Assembly (NCBI GenBank): GCA_965222615.1
Contig: CBDCUI010000008.1
Span: 160,001-224,000, forward strand
Source of the DNA: Gammaproteobacteria bacterium
GTDB taxonomy: Bacteria > Pseudomonadota > Gammaproteobacteria > UBA4575
DNA: 64,000 nt
Direction: 5' to 3'
How positions within the stretch are numbered: position 1 is the first letter of the stretch; the number at the start of each line of letters is the position of its first letter. Both the position numbers and the translations under genes were made by a program. The notes beneath the pieces were generated by a model. That model was not told where the DNA came from and ran no database searches. It saw nothing but the letters and a program-made list of their open reading frames with translations. Positions 55,023 through 64,000 of the stretch are shown here, in pieces.

Positions 55023-56042
55023 TTAATATTCTATTTTCATATCCTCTATTAGTTTTTGCAAACGTTCAAAAGTTTGTGCAGACAAAGTTCGTTTATCAGA
55101 TATATTAAAAGACGTAGGCTGCGAGTTTATGTTCTTACGATACCCAAGTTCAGTAGTTTCTGACTTAATTTTCTCAGCCACTTTAACTGGGTTTGCGCAA
55201 AAGTCTTCGTACTGAACCCATAGAATGTTATCAGGTGGGATTGCATTAGCCTCTCTGCGCATGGAGTCGAAATGAAATTTTACCTGTCGACACACATCGG
55301 TTACTGGATCACTTGGATCAGCATCGCTATGATTTACACCATATGGCAATGACATGTTACCGACAATGCGCTCCCTCGCAACTAGTAAGCTCTGGGCTAA
55401 AAACAATGGATCACGCTTAACAAAAAGAAATTTTGCTGTCGGTAAATAAGGTGCGACAATACTTGCACACACATTGAGTCTATTTACTTTGCCAACGATC
55501 GGTTTAGAGTACAGCGCTTCAAGGGCTGCAAAAAAAGATGGCATATCGAACTCGCTACCATGTGCAAGTACGTTGGGAACTTCGGACCGATTCCGACCCA
55601 GCCATCGATCCCATATGTATAGGGCATCGTTGAACCCACTGAAATTTTTGCTGCGACCATAAAATGCATCGTAGTCACCAGTATTTGAAATTGAATTGCG
55701 ACCCCAGATACGGTTAATTGTTAGAGGCGATCTAGGGAATAATGAAGTAAGATTATTTAAATAAGATACATCGAATACGTTTACCAAATATTGTGCAACC
55801 AATGATGTGCCACTTCTAGGTGGGCCCGCTACTAAAAATATAGGCAATTTTGGACGGTCATATCTGTGTACAAATGAATTTTCAAATGGCTTAAGTAGCA
55901 AATCGAGTGGCGCCATCGCCAACCCGCCAATTGCAAAATACAATGCCGATCGTGCTGCTGGGTTCTTAGAGAAAAGAAGCGATAGCGCTAAACGCAATGG
56001 TTTTTGCGGTCCTTGAGGGATATATAGCTGTTTTTTCTTCAA
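55023..56042 (-). CDS. Sulfotransferase
   Basis: PAPS-binding GPPRSGTS, RDP...AQS and YEDFCANP motifs. Confidence 0.85.
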   Translation of the reverse strand: MKKKQLYIPQGPQKPLRLALSLLFSKNPAARSALYFAIGGLAMAPLDLLLKPFENSFVHRYDRPKLPIFLVAGPPRSGTSLVAQYLVNVFDVSYLNNLTSLFPRSPLTINRIWGRNSISNTGDYDAFYGRSKNFSGFNDALYIWDRWLGRNRSEVPNVLAHGSEFDMPSFFAALEALYSKPIVGKVNRLNVCASIVAPYLPTAKFLFVKRDPLFLAQSLLVARERIVGNMSLPYGVNHSDADPSDPVTDVCRQVKFHFDSMRREANAIPPDNILWVQYEDFCANPVKVAEKIKSETTELGYRKNINSQPTSFNISDKRTLSAQTFERLQKLIEDMKIEY

Positions 56043-56403
56043 CTAAACCTCATAAAATTTAGGCAGATGTAATCAGGGGCTCGAACTTCGAATCACGCTT
56101 TATACGTATTCATAATTACACAACAATAATGCTTAGTCAGAATCTCGATATGAGTATCAATTATTTTAAGTTTTGAATTATCTGGAATGTGCATACTCAA
56201 AAATTATGACCTCAACATAAGCTTATTTTTTTGCAGGTTTATTTTAATGGTCATTTTTCAAACAACATGTTTCAGTTTATCAACGTAATATGTTGAACTA
56301 CAATAAATTAACAACCAACATATGTATAGTGAGCATGTTCTTCACAGAAAAGCTAGTTAAATAACTTAATGAACTTACAAATATTATCGATTAGTAATAA
56401 ATA

Positions 56404-57957
56404 ATGTTTTCATTATTAAGCACAAAAAATTTTACTAATGCTGTTGAATTGCTACTTAAGCAATTAGATCAAGAAACAACATTTGGTAGACTATTTCTTG
56501 TACTTCTACCTCTATTTCTTCTACTTCAGTTACCAGTATTTTGGATCGGCAATGAAGAAATCACTTTTATGGCAGCTTATCGCCGCGTCGCACCGGAAAA
56601 ATTTTCAGAGTTCCATTTATTATTTGGTCAGTCCAATGCGCGCTTTATCATAGACTATTTTCTTGGCAATCTCATAAAGATATTTGGTTATGAGAATGCC
56701 CATTCTATTGCACGCATAATGATGGCGTTGCTTTACGCAGTGAGTTTTGGTGTTCTTTTTAATGCCCTAAAGCTTTCAGTATTACGATCAGTCATTGTTA
56801 TTGTGATATTTATGCTCATGGGCCAACAACTATTCGGTGGTGAATGGCTGTTTGGTGGAGTTGAGCATAAAACATTTGCTTACGCTGCTGTAGTAGCCGC
56901 ACTGGGGTTGGCATTGAATGATCGTTGGCTGATTGCCACTATCCTTGTAGGAATCGCGACTTACTTTCATTTTCTAGTTGGTGGATTTTGGGTAGTCGCA
57001 TTGGCTTTGCTTGTTTTTATTAGAGCAGGATCGTTTCTAAGGGCACTTTACATTTTACTTTTATACTTTTTAATTATTTCCCCTCTGTTGGCTATTATCG
57101 TATTTGAACAATTTGTCAGGCAACCTGAAGTCAGCGGAGTCAATCCCAACGAGCTTTATGCAATGCGAAATGCACATATCGTAGCTCCATTTTCCAGCTA
57201 TCGACAGTTTTGGAACAATTGGACTACAGGGGTTTTTACAACGATTATGATGGCTTTAGCTTTTGTAGTGCTCACTAAGCGAACACAAGCTTCAATACCA
57301 CCTGTGTATATTTTGATACTTTTGCTTTATCTTCTTTTTGCACTTGTGGCCAGCTTTATTGATAAAGATACGTTTATTTTGAGTAAATTTTTCTTATTTC
57401 GGCCATCATCACTTATTCTTTTGCTCGCGTTAGCTACGGTCTTATCTGTAAATTTTGTTGATCGCGAGACTTCTTCGAACACTATAACTTTAATATTGCG
57501 ACTTGTAGCCGTAGTACTTATATCGGTATTCGTGTGGACAGAAGTAAAATCTAAAGTAGACTTATACCGTAAACCTCGAGTGCTTCGAGATCTTCCTGCT
57601 TTAACTGCTGTCATTGAAGCAGAATCTAAACCTACAGAAATTGTTTTAATAGAAGAGGTACAAAAGTATGGTTATCCTTATGTTGGATTACCGCGCCAGC
57701 TCCCGCGTCCTACTTTTGTTTCCTGGAAAGCTATGTCACATAAGCCATCGGAAATACTAAAATGGAATAACCGTATGGAATATAAAAAATCTCTTTTTGA
57801 AAAAGGTTGTAGGGAGCCCTTGATTTATCCAATACGATTACTGTTGGTATTTGATTCCACAACTTTGGACATAGTTAAAAACTGTGGCCAGGTTGTGTGG
57901 CAGTCAAAGAATCGTTACTTACTTCGTATAGATGATCGATGGGTCTATCAGGAATGA
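56404..57957 (+). CDS. Polytopic membrane protein, possibly GT-C glycosyltransferase-like
   Basis: About 11 TM helices; GGEW..GG.E.K.FAY, FHFLVG and R.AH..P motifs. Confidence 0.65.
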   Translation: MFSLLSTKNFTNAVELLLKQLDQETTFGRLFLVLLPLFLLLQLPVFWIGNEEITFMAAYRRVAPEKFSEFHLLFGQSNARFIIDYFLGNLIKIFGYENAHSIARIMMALLYAVSFGVLFNALKLSVLRSVIVIVIFMLMGQQLFGGEWLFGGVEHKTFAYAAVVAALGLALNDRWLIATILVGIATYFHFLVGGFWVVALALLVFIRAGSFLRALYILLLYFLIISPLLAIIVFEQFVRQPEVSGVNPNELYAMRNAHIVAPFSSYRQFWNNWTTGVFTTIMMALAFVVLTKRTQASIPPVYILILLLYLLFALVASFIDKDTFILSKFFLFRPSSLILLLALATVLSVNFVDRETSSNTITLILRLVAVVLISVFVWTEVKSKVDLYRKPRVLRDLPALTAVIEAESKPTEIVLIEEVQKYGYPYVGLPRQLPRPTFVSWKAMSHKPSEILKWNNRMEYKKSLFEKGCREPLIYPIRLLLVFDSTTLDIVKNCGQVVWQSKNRYLLRIDDRWVYQE

Positions 57958-58050
57958 CAAGCATTTGTTTTGTCTAAACCATAAATTTCAAAGGTGTAAC
58001 CAACGTAATAATTATCTTTCTATAAATCTATCGAACAAGAAACTTAGTAT

Positions 58051-58245
58051 TTACTTCTTCCATTTATCAAAATTATCTGCATTTTTTTCTTGGCCGTCTT
58101 CGTATCCAGCTGTGTAAGCCTCTGTTACACGCTGTTCCTCACGTTCAGGATGGCCTAAGTATCCACCTTGCCAACCTACAATGTATTCGGGATCCACTCC
58201 GACAGATTCCATTTTTGTGACAGCGTCTCGATATGCTTGGTCCAT
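58051..58245 (-). CDS. Alvin_2107-like small sulfur-oxidation-associated protein
   Basis: GGAGG RBS before ATG 58245; ME..GVD.EYI.GW.GGYL.HP.REEQRVTEAY.AGYEDG; family name from recall. Confidence 0.75.
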   Translation of the reverse strand: MDQAYRDAVTKMESVGVDPEYIVGWQGGYLGHPEREEQRVTEAYTAGYEDGQEKNADNFDKWKK

Positions 58246-58273
58246 GTTGCCTCCATTTATATTTAGATAGTGT

Positions 58274-59410
58274 TTAATATAGTTTGTTTTGTTGAAAATG
58301 AGCAAGTGCTTTACCAGAATCAATAACTTTTTTAACCTTCTCGGCAGAAGTTTGTAGATTGTTTTCAATACCCATGTGCGTGAGCATAATCGCGCAAGCA
58401 TAAATTAAGCTATCATGTGCAGGTCCTCGTTCGCCTTGCAGTGCTGCGATTCCAATTTCTGCAGCTTTGCTAGCGAGTTGATCGATATCCATGTTTGCAG
58501 CAGTTTCATCGCCAGCTGCCTTTGCAGCATTTAGTTCTGGCAAAGGTACTGCGCGCACGTCTTGTTCAACATTGACATGACTTGGATGAATTTCAATTTC
58601 TTGTAACTCACCTTTATTGAGGTACTGAAAGTATTTAGATTCTTGCTTTAAAGAAGGTATTACACCTCCTTCCACCCCACGAATTAAAACTGCAGATTCA
58701 AAGCCAGATAACTTGGCTAAGTGTTCATATACAGGAGGATAGGGTTTGTGTACATAACCGGTCATTAAATGTGTTCCGAGTTTTCCTCGTACAGGGCCAA
58801 TTAAAACTTCTACAGTTGTAATAACTGGGCGTTTAACAATTTGAGTGCGCAAAGGAATTAAACTATGCAAAGCAGGACAAATTTCTTTTTGATCTACATA
58901 GGCCCAGGCAATTTCAGGATTATTAATTTGTTTAGTGGCTTGTTGCACATTCAAATCGACATCAATGCCTGCAGCGCGTAATACTTTACGATGTGTTACC
59001 CCGTATTTTGGTCCAACTGCTTCGGCGCCATGGGATACTGCAGGGAGTTCACATGCAGCAAGTACTGCTGGCACAAATGGCGAGATCGGTAATCTACGTG
59101 TGTACCCATCATAAGGATCAGCGACATCAATCACATGATCAACATCTGCTGTAACGATATTGGATGAATCAATAATTGCCTGTAAGGAACCGCCGTTTTC
59201 ATCCAGGGTTTCTCGTTTCATGCGCAAGGCAATTAAAAAGATACCTGCCTGAACGGGATCAGCAGTGCCGTTCAAGATATGATGCATAGCATCTTTCGCC
59301 TCTTCAAAAGAGATGTCTTTACTGTATTCAGGTCCAGTAGCAACACGCTGTATATACGAACGCATCGCAAGTGCTGCATCCGGGTTTATTTGTGATTCAG
59401 CTAGGGACAT
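58274..59410 (-). CDS. Anthranilate phosphoribosyltransferase-like (glycosyl transferase family 3, YbiB/TrpD2-like) protein
   Basis: ATGP..SKD.S..EA, Q.G.FLIALRMKRET, DPYDG, GPKYGVT and GYVH.PY motifs. Confidence 0.8.
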   Translation of the reverse strand: MSLAESQINPDAALAMRSYIQRVATGPEYSKDISFEEAKDAMHHILNGTADPVQAGIFLIALRMKRETLDENGGSLQAIIDSSNIVTADVDHVIDVADPYDGYTRRLPISPFVPAVLAACELPAVSHGAEAVGPKYGVTHRKVLRAAGIDVDLNVQQATKQINNPEIAWAYVDQKEICPALHSLIPLRTQIVKRPVITTVEVLIGPVRGKLGTHLMTGYVHKPYPPVYEHLAKLSGFESAVLIRGVEGGVIPSLKQESKYFQYLNKGELQEIEIHPSHVNVEQDVRAVPLPELNAAKAAGDETAANMDIDQLASKAAEIGIAALQGERGPAHDSLIYACAIMLTHMGIENNLQTSAEKVKKVIDSGKALAHFQQNKLY

Positions 59411-59738
59411 AGTCTTAATGATGCCATTAAAAAACTGGCAAGGCAGGATACAAAATGGGATGTTCACCAAAATATATCTCTACTGAGGTACGAATGGGGA
59501 ACAAAAAAGTGTCTTTTACCCTTTTACTAAATTGTTTTGCTTTGGCAATTACTCATTTGCTTACATACATAAGCCCTATTTTTCAAAAACACCGTATCTT
59601 GTTCGAGAGCAAAATCCACTACTTTTATACTTGGTATTGTGATCGGGAATTAATCTCAATATGGCTATTACTAGGATTTTGGCATTTCAAGTATGATGGT
59701 TGACTAATTAGTACTCTGATTCAACATCGGGAACAAAT

Positions 59739-60176
59739 ATGTCTGACGATGAGCTGGATTTTAATAGTGGCATGATGGCTTTTGAAGCCAAGCACTTTTC
59801 TCGCGCGATGCAAATACTTTCTCCACTTGCTGAACAAGGCAATACCGATGCACAACATCGTTGTGCAATTATGTATCAAAATGGTTTAGGTGTGGCCGTG
59901 AATCCCGAGGCGGCCTTTAAATGGATGAAAGCCGCCGCTGAATCGGGTCATGATTTGGCCCAACATGGTTTGGGTTTTATGTATATGGAAGGAGATTGTG
60001 TAGAACAAAATGGTGAGGAGGCCGCAAGGTGGTTTACCAAAGCTGCGGAACAGGGGTTGCAAGGTTCTCAAACCACGTTAGCGATGATGTATGAAGAAGG
60101 GCGTGGCGTTAGAAAAGATTTAGAAAAAGCTAAGCAGTGGTATGCAAAAGCAGGCTTTTCCTCTGAAGAAATCTAA
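59739..60176 (+). CDS. Sel1-repeat protein
   Basis: Repeats of AQ..LG.MY..G.GV..D...A..W..KAA..G. Confidence 0.9.
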   Translation: MSDDELDFNSGMMAFEAKHFSRAMQILSPLAEQGNTDAQHRCAIMYQNGLGVAVNPEAAFKWMKAAAESGHDLAQHGLGFMYMEGDCVEQNGEEAARWFTKAAEQGLQGSQTTLAMMYEEGRGVRKDLEKAKQWYAKAGFSSEEI

Positions 60177-60340
60177 GGAAGCTCAGATTTATTCTGATAT
60201 GTCCCAAAGAAAGATAAATTAGCAATGATTTCTCAAAATACTCATGTATGCCAAGAAAATAGAGGAAGTATACACTCCGTTTTTTCAAAATCATTTTGCC
60301 TAATCTCAGCCATTTCATTAATAAATCTGAACTTCCTTAG
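60173..60340. repeat. ERIC/RPE-like palindromic element with expanded apical loop
   Basis: CTAAGGAAGCTCAGATTTATT...AATAAATCTGAACTTCCTTAG; core CTCATGTAT-long loop-ATACACTCCG. Confidence 0.82.
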
Positions 60341-60376
60341 GTAAAAGAAATTACGTTAAAAGACAATAATCAAACC

Positions 60377-61417
60377 ATGCGTCCAGCACATTTATTAGTT
60401 GTTCTAGAAAAAGAATTTCAAGGCGCAGCTTCGGGTCAACACACTCCAGTAATGCTATGGGGTCCGCCAGGTGTGGGTAAGTCGCAGATGGTCTCGCAAG
60501 TTGCGCAGAAAAATAATGTCGAAGTAATTGATATTCGATTATCGCAAATGGAGCCTAGTGATTTACGTGGTATCCCTTTTCGTGAAAATGATTCTGTTGA
60601 GTGGGCAATACCTGCGATGTTGCCTAATATAAAACGTCATGGCGAATCAGGGATTCTTTTTTTAGATGAAATTACTTCTGCAGCACCAAGTGTCTCGGCA
60701 GCGGCTTATCAACTTATCCTTGATCGTCGTTTAGGGCAGTATGAAGTACCCAATGGTTGGGCTATTTTTGCTGCGGGAAATCGACAAGGAGACCGTGGCG
60801 TTACTTATACTATGCCCGCACCTTTAGCGAATCGCTTTTCGCATTTCGAAGTAGATATAAATTTAGATGATTGGGTGGCTTGGGCTTACGCCAATCAAGT
60901 TGATGAGAGAATTATCGCCTTTTTACGTTTTCGCCCTGATTTATTATTTGATTTTGATCCCGCACATAATCCAATTGCTTTTCCTTCACCACGTTCTTGG
61001 GAATTTGCTCATCGTGCCTTACAAAAGTTTTTAGAAAGACCAGATTTGTTAATTGGAGCACTGCAAGCTTGTGTTGGTCCGGCTGCTGGCGTGGAATTGA
61101 ATGCATTTATCTCTAACTTAGATCAAATGCCGGATCTTGAAGCGATTGTACGAGGTGACGATATCGCAGCACCAAAAGAAATTGATTTGCAATACGCAGT
61201 CGCCACGGCATTAGTCGGTCATGCGATCCGGGCCAAAAAATCATCTGATCCTTTTAAAGTACAAGGCAATATTCTGAATTATGCAAACAAATTCCCGCAG
61301 CGCGAAATGGGGGTAATGATGGTGTCGGACATGCACCGTGCTATTGGTGAAGATTTATTTAGTTTGCCTGAATTTGCGAAGTGGGCAGATAAAATTGCCG
61401 ATATCATGATCTATTGA
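60377..61417 (+). CDS. MoxR-like AAA+ ATPase
   Basis: GPPGVGKS, LFLDEI, AAGNR and PLANRF motifs. Confidence 0.9.
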   Translation: MRPAHLLVVLEKEFQGAASGQHTPVMLWGPPGVGKSQMVSQVAQKNNVEVIDIRLSQMEPSDLRGIPFRENDSVEWAIPAMLPNIKRHGESGILFLDEITSAAPSVSAAAYQLILDRRLGQYEVPNGWAIFAAGNRQGDRGVTYTMPAPLANRFSHFEVDINLDDWVAWAYANQVDERIIAFLRFRPDLLFDFDPAHNPIAFPSPRSWEFAHRALQKFLERPDLLIGALQACVGPAAGVELNAFISNLDQMPDLEAIVRGDDIAAPKEIDLQYAVATALVGHAIRAKKSSDPFKVQGNILNYANKFPQREMGVMMVSDMHRAIGEDLFSLPEFAKWADKIADIMIY

Positions 61418-61421
61418 AGCA

Positions 61422-61542
61422 GGTAACTCTAATTTATCCTGATACTTTGTTAAAAAAATGTTTAAAGATACTCATTTACTAGTTTGTAAACTCCGCTCTT
61501 TAAACATTTTTTTGCCTCGTTTCAAAATAAATTAGAGCTACT
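61422..61542. repeat. ERIC/RPE-like palindromic element
   Basis: Core CTCATTTACTAGTTTGTAAACTCCGC; the TTTTTTGCCTCGTTTCAAAATAAAT arm is identical to the 45795 copy. Confidence 0.85.
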
Positions 61543-61626
61543 TTAAGTTTGTTAGAAAGTATCAGGAGTGTTTTATTTTATTTCAAAACGAGTAGTGGCT
61601 TTGTTAGAAGTTATCATTGAGTCTAA

Positions 61627-62853
61627 ATGACCGATTCGGATATTCAAAACAAACTTGCAGCAGCGAGAACGCGGTTAATTTTAGACAAACCTTTTTTAGG
61701 CGCGCTTGTTTTACGCTTACCATTAGTTGCAGCGGATCCTAAGTGGTGTAAGACGGCAGCCACCGATGCAAAAAAGCTTTTTTATAATCAAGACTATATT
61801 GACGCACTTGATATCCAAGAAACTCAATTTGTAGTAGCCAAACAAGCGCTACATTGCGCACTTTCTCATTTCGCACGAAAACAACATCGAATTAAACAAC
61901 GTTGGGAATTGGCATGTGATTATGCAGTAAACCCACTTTTAATTAACGATGGGCTAAAAGCTCCTCCTGGAACTCTGATGGATGAAAAATTTGAGGGGAT
62001 GACTGCAGAGGAGATCTATCACTATATCGATGAGTTCGATAATGAAGATTCTGATTTTGATAAACAAAACCAAGATGATGACGAAACTCATGACCCCACG
62101 CAAAGGGAAGGCGATAAAGATGAAGATCAACAAACACAGAATTCATCAGTAGTAAATCCAAGTTTAGATATTGATGAGCAGCAAGATCTCGCTCCACGGC
62201 CAGCGGATCTATCACCGCAAGAACAAGAACAACTAGCCATTCAATGGCAGCAACGTTTAGCGGGAGCGGCACAACAGGCTATGCAGGCAGGTAAGTTGGG
62301 GGGCTCCATGGCACGTATGGTAGATTTCATGCTGCAACCAAAATTACCTTGGCGTATGTTGTTGGCAAAATACATGACAGCGAGCGCACGCGATGATTAT
62401 AGTTATTCAAGACCGTCTTCGCGTCGTGGTGACCCTGCAATTTTTCCAAGTTTGCGCAGTGCACAAATTAATATTGCGGTTGGAATTGATATTAGTGGTT
62501 CAGTAGACGATAAAGAAATAAATGAATTTATTTCAGAAGTCGATGCGATCAAAGGCAATGTGCGTGCACGAATTACTTTATTACCTTGTGATGCAGCGCT
62601 TGCTAAAGGGGCGCCATGGATATTTGAGCCGTGGGAAGAAATTGAGTTGCCAAGCGATTTTAAAGGTGGAGGTGGCACTAATTTTTGCCCGGTGTTTGAA
62701 TGGTTAGATACACAAGATCAATATCCAGATCTGTTAGTGTATTTTACTGATTGCCTAGGAACATTTCCTGACGTTACACCCAGTTACCCCGTTATTTGGT
62801 TAGTGAAAGGGAAAGAAGGTCCCCCATGGGGACAACGCATCCAACTCAATTAA
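61627..62853 (+). CDS. DUF2201 putative-metallopeptidase / VWA-like protein
   Basis: TAATD, W..ACDYAVN, AEEIY, MIDAS-like IDISGS, GGGGTNF.P and YFTD motifs; HExxH reads KQALH. Confidence 0.88.
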   Translation: MTDSDIQNKLAAARTRLILDKPFLGALVLRLPLVAADPKWCKTAATDAKKLFYNQDYIDALDIQETQFVVAKQALHCALSHFARKQHRIKQRWELACDYAVNPLLINDGLKAPPGTLMDEKFEGMTAEEIYHYIDEFDNEDSDFDKQNQDDDETHDPTQREGDKDEDQQTQNSSVVNPSLDIDEQQDLAPRPADLSPQEQEQLAIQWQQRLAGAAQQAMQAGKLGGSMARMVDFMLQPKLPWRMLLAKYMTASARDDYSYSRPSSRRGDPAIFPSLRSAQINIAVGIDISGSVDDKEINEFISEVDAIKGNVRARITLLPCDAALAKGAPWIFEPWEEIELPSDFKGGGGTNFCPVFEWLDTQDQYPDLLVYFTDCLGTFPDVTPSYPVIWLVKGKEGPPWGQRIQLN

Positions 62854-62974
62854 TGAAACTCTGATTACTGAATATACTTCGTTAAAAAATATCTCAAAAT
62901 GCTCATGTATGTTCATATACACTGCGCTTTTTCAATATTTTTTGCCTTGCCTATTCAATAATCAGAGCTTCTTA
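62851..62974. repeat. ERIC/RPE-like palindromic element
   Basis: Starts at the TAA stop; core GCTCATGTATGTTCATATACACTGCGC. Confidence 0.85.
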
Positions 62975-63020
62975 GAAATCCGTGTGAAGAATATGTCTGA
63001 TAAATTTTCGATAAAATAAA

Positions 63021-64000
63021 ATGCAGTTATCGAGTGAAGATCAATTGCGACTCAATGTTTTAGTTGCACAACCTTTGCAAGCTGTACGTATTGATGAGTC
63101 GCGTATGTGTGTACATGCTCTGTCTGAAAAAGGTGAGGCAACAATACAGCTCAACCCGACTTGTAAAGATGAAAAATATGTTCGTCTTATTCGACAATTT
63201 TTGTCTACACATTACTTGGGGTCGCCTGGAGGCTACCCGGTTTTTTTAAGACGTTGGACACGAATGGGTCAAGCGCGTGATGATAGTTTAGAAAAACTGT
63301 TACTCATTGGTGAACCCGAAGCAGTTGCAGCAGTTGTTCATGCATCTGGTCTTACTGATGAATTAGCACGTCGTGCATGGTGGTCTGGTGAAAATGCAGA
63401 AAATGCGCGACGCATGCTAGAAAAAGAAAATGTAGTCATTGGCAATATGGGGAAACAACTTGCACAATTTCTAGTGGAGTTTTTGCCATTTGAAGAACAG
63501 CAAAAAGCAATCATAGATAGTGTACGTTTAGTATTGCAGCCTGGATTAATCGACGATGAAATGCGCAATGATCTTTGGCAGCGAGCCAAGCGTAAAAATT
63601 CATACTATGTTGGTTTCTTGCAACAAACGCCCCATGATTTGCCACTAGAAACAAAGCCGCATAAAAAGTGGAAGGATCTATCTAGCGCTTTACAAGTCGA
63701 GGTTGAACAGGGAAATGAAGTGGCAAAACTAATCTGCCAGATATTCAGTGCTTCGGGCCAAGCCTATTTACAAACCATTGAATTAGTGTTGAATAAACCA
63801 AATGATCAAGATGTTGTAGTAGAAACACTGAATACGATTGGAGACTATTTTAAGAAAATAAATAAAAAAGCATCCAAATGGCGAGATATGCAATCCTTAT
63901 TTAATTATGCGGACGAGGTATATGCAAAAAGTTCAGAGTCTGAAAAAATCCTAGTCATTGATTCATCTTTGGAATTGCAACTTAAAGCGTTAATTTATTT
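63021..64000 (+). CDS. dsrS: DsrS (partial, runs off window; not in ORF track)
   Basis: Hand translation MQLSSEDQLRLNVL..AVRIDESRM..LGSPGGYPVFLRRWTRMGQ..GEPEAV.AVVH..LTDELARRAWW matches DsrS as recalled. Confidence 0.85.
   Translation, partial: MQLSSEDQLRLNVLVAQPLQAVRIDESRMCVHALSEKGEATIQLNPTCKDEKYVRLIRQFLSTHYLGSPGGYPVFLRRWTRMGQARDDSLEKLLLIGEPEAVAAVVHASGLTDELARRAWWSGENAENARRMLEKENVVIGNMGKQLAQFLVEFLPFEEQQKAIIDSVRLVLQPGLIDDEMRNDLWQRAKRKNSYYVGFLQQTPHDLPLETKPHKKWKDLSSALQVEVEQGNEVAKLICQIFSASGQAYLQTIELVLNKPNDQDVVVETLNTIGDYFKKINKKASKWRDMQSLFNYADEVYAKSSESEKILVIDSSLELQLKALIY

Noticed and set aside
58051-58401. 116-aa version of the Alvin_2107-like ORF
   Set aside because: The extension overlaps the upstream gene; the GGAGG RBS supports the ATG at 58245.
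63064-63589. ORFs 63064-63249 (+) and 63338-63589 (-)
   Set aside because: Both are shadows of dsrS, which starts at 63021 and has no stop within the window.
1-64000. tRNA, rRNA, prophage or integron; many short antisense ORFs inside long genes
   Set aside because: No cloverleaf, rRNA, phage structural gene, integrase or attC pattern was recognised by eye. The short overlapping ORFs lack RBSs or motifs and are treated as shadow frames.

Overview
AT-rich chromosomal segment, most likely from a sulfur-oxidizing gammaproteobacterium (inferred from the reverse-Dsr gene set). Left part (1-30 kb): a 178-bp tandem REP-doublet array interrupted by a complete IS481 element, an AAA/DUF4143 ATPase preceded by 23-bp tandem repeats, a parDE toxin-antitoxin pair, class Ia nrdAB with NrdR and DnaA boxes, an Rhs toxin-immunity pair, a di-heme peroxidase-like gene with a Fur box, and a NarX/NarL-like two-component system with a rhodanese. 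NrdA carries a 383-aa LAGLIDADG intein whose C-extein starts with Gly instead of Cys/Ser/Thr. Centre (30.5-43.7 kb): the complete dsrABEFHCMKLJOPNR operon. Right part (44-64 kb): a divergent accessory cluster with a TauD-like dioxygenase, a small protein, an orphan Cas6-like gene (no array or other cas gene in the window), two atypical DsrC/TusE paralogs, a second DsrL with a YRR (NADP-type) motif, an Alvin_2107-like gene, a MoxR/VWA pair and a displaced dsrS that runs off the window. About 12 ERIC/RPE-like intergenic hairpin elements with a covarying core are scattered through the window. Best candidates for new biology: the orphan Cas6 operon facing dsrA and the Gly+1 intein in RNR loop 2. 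All family assignments come from motif recognition by eye; no searches were run.
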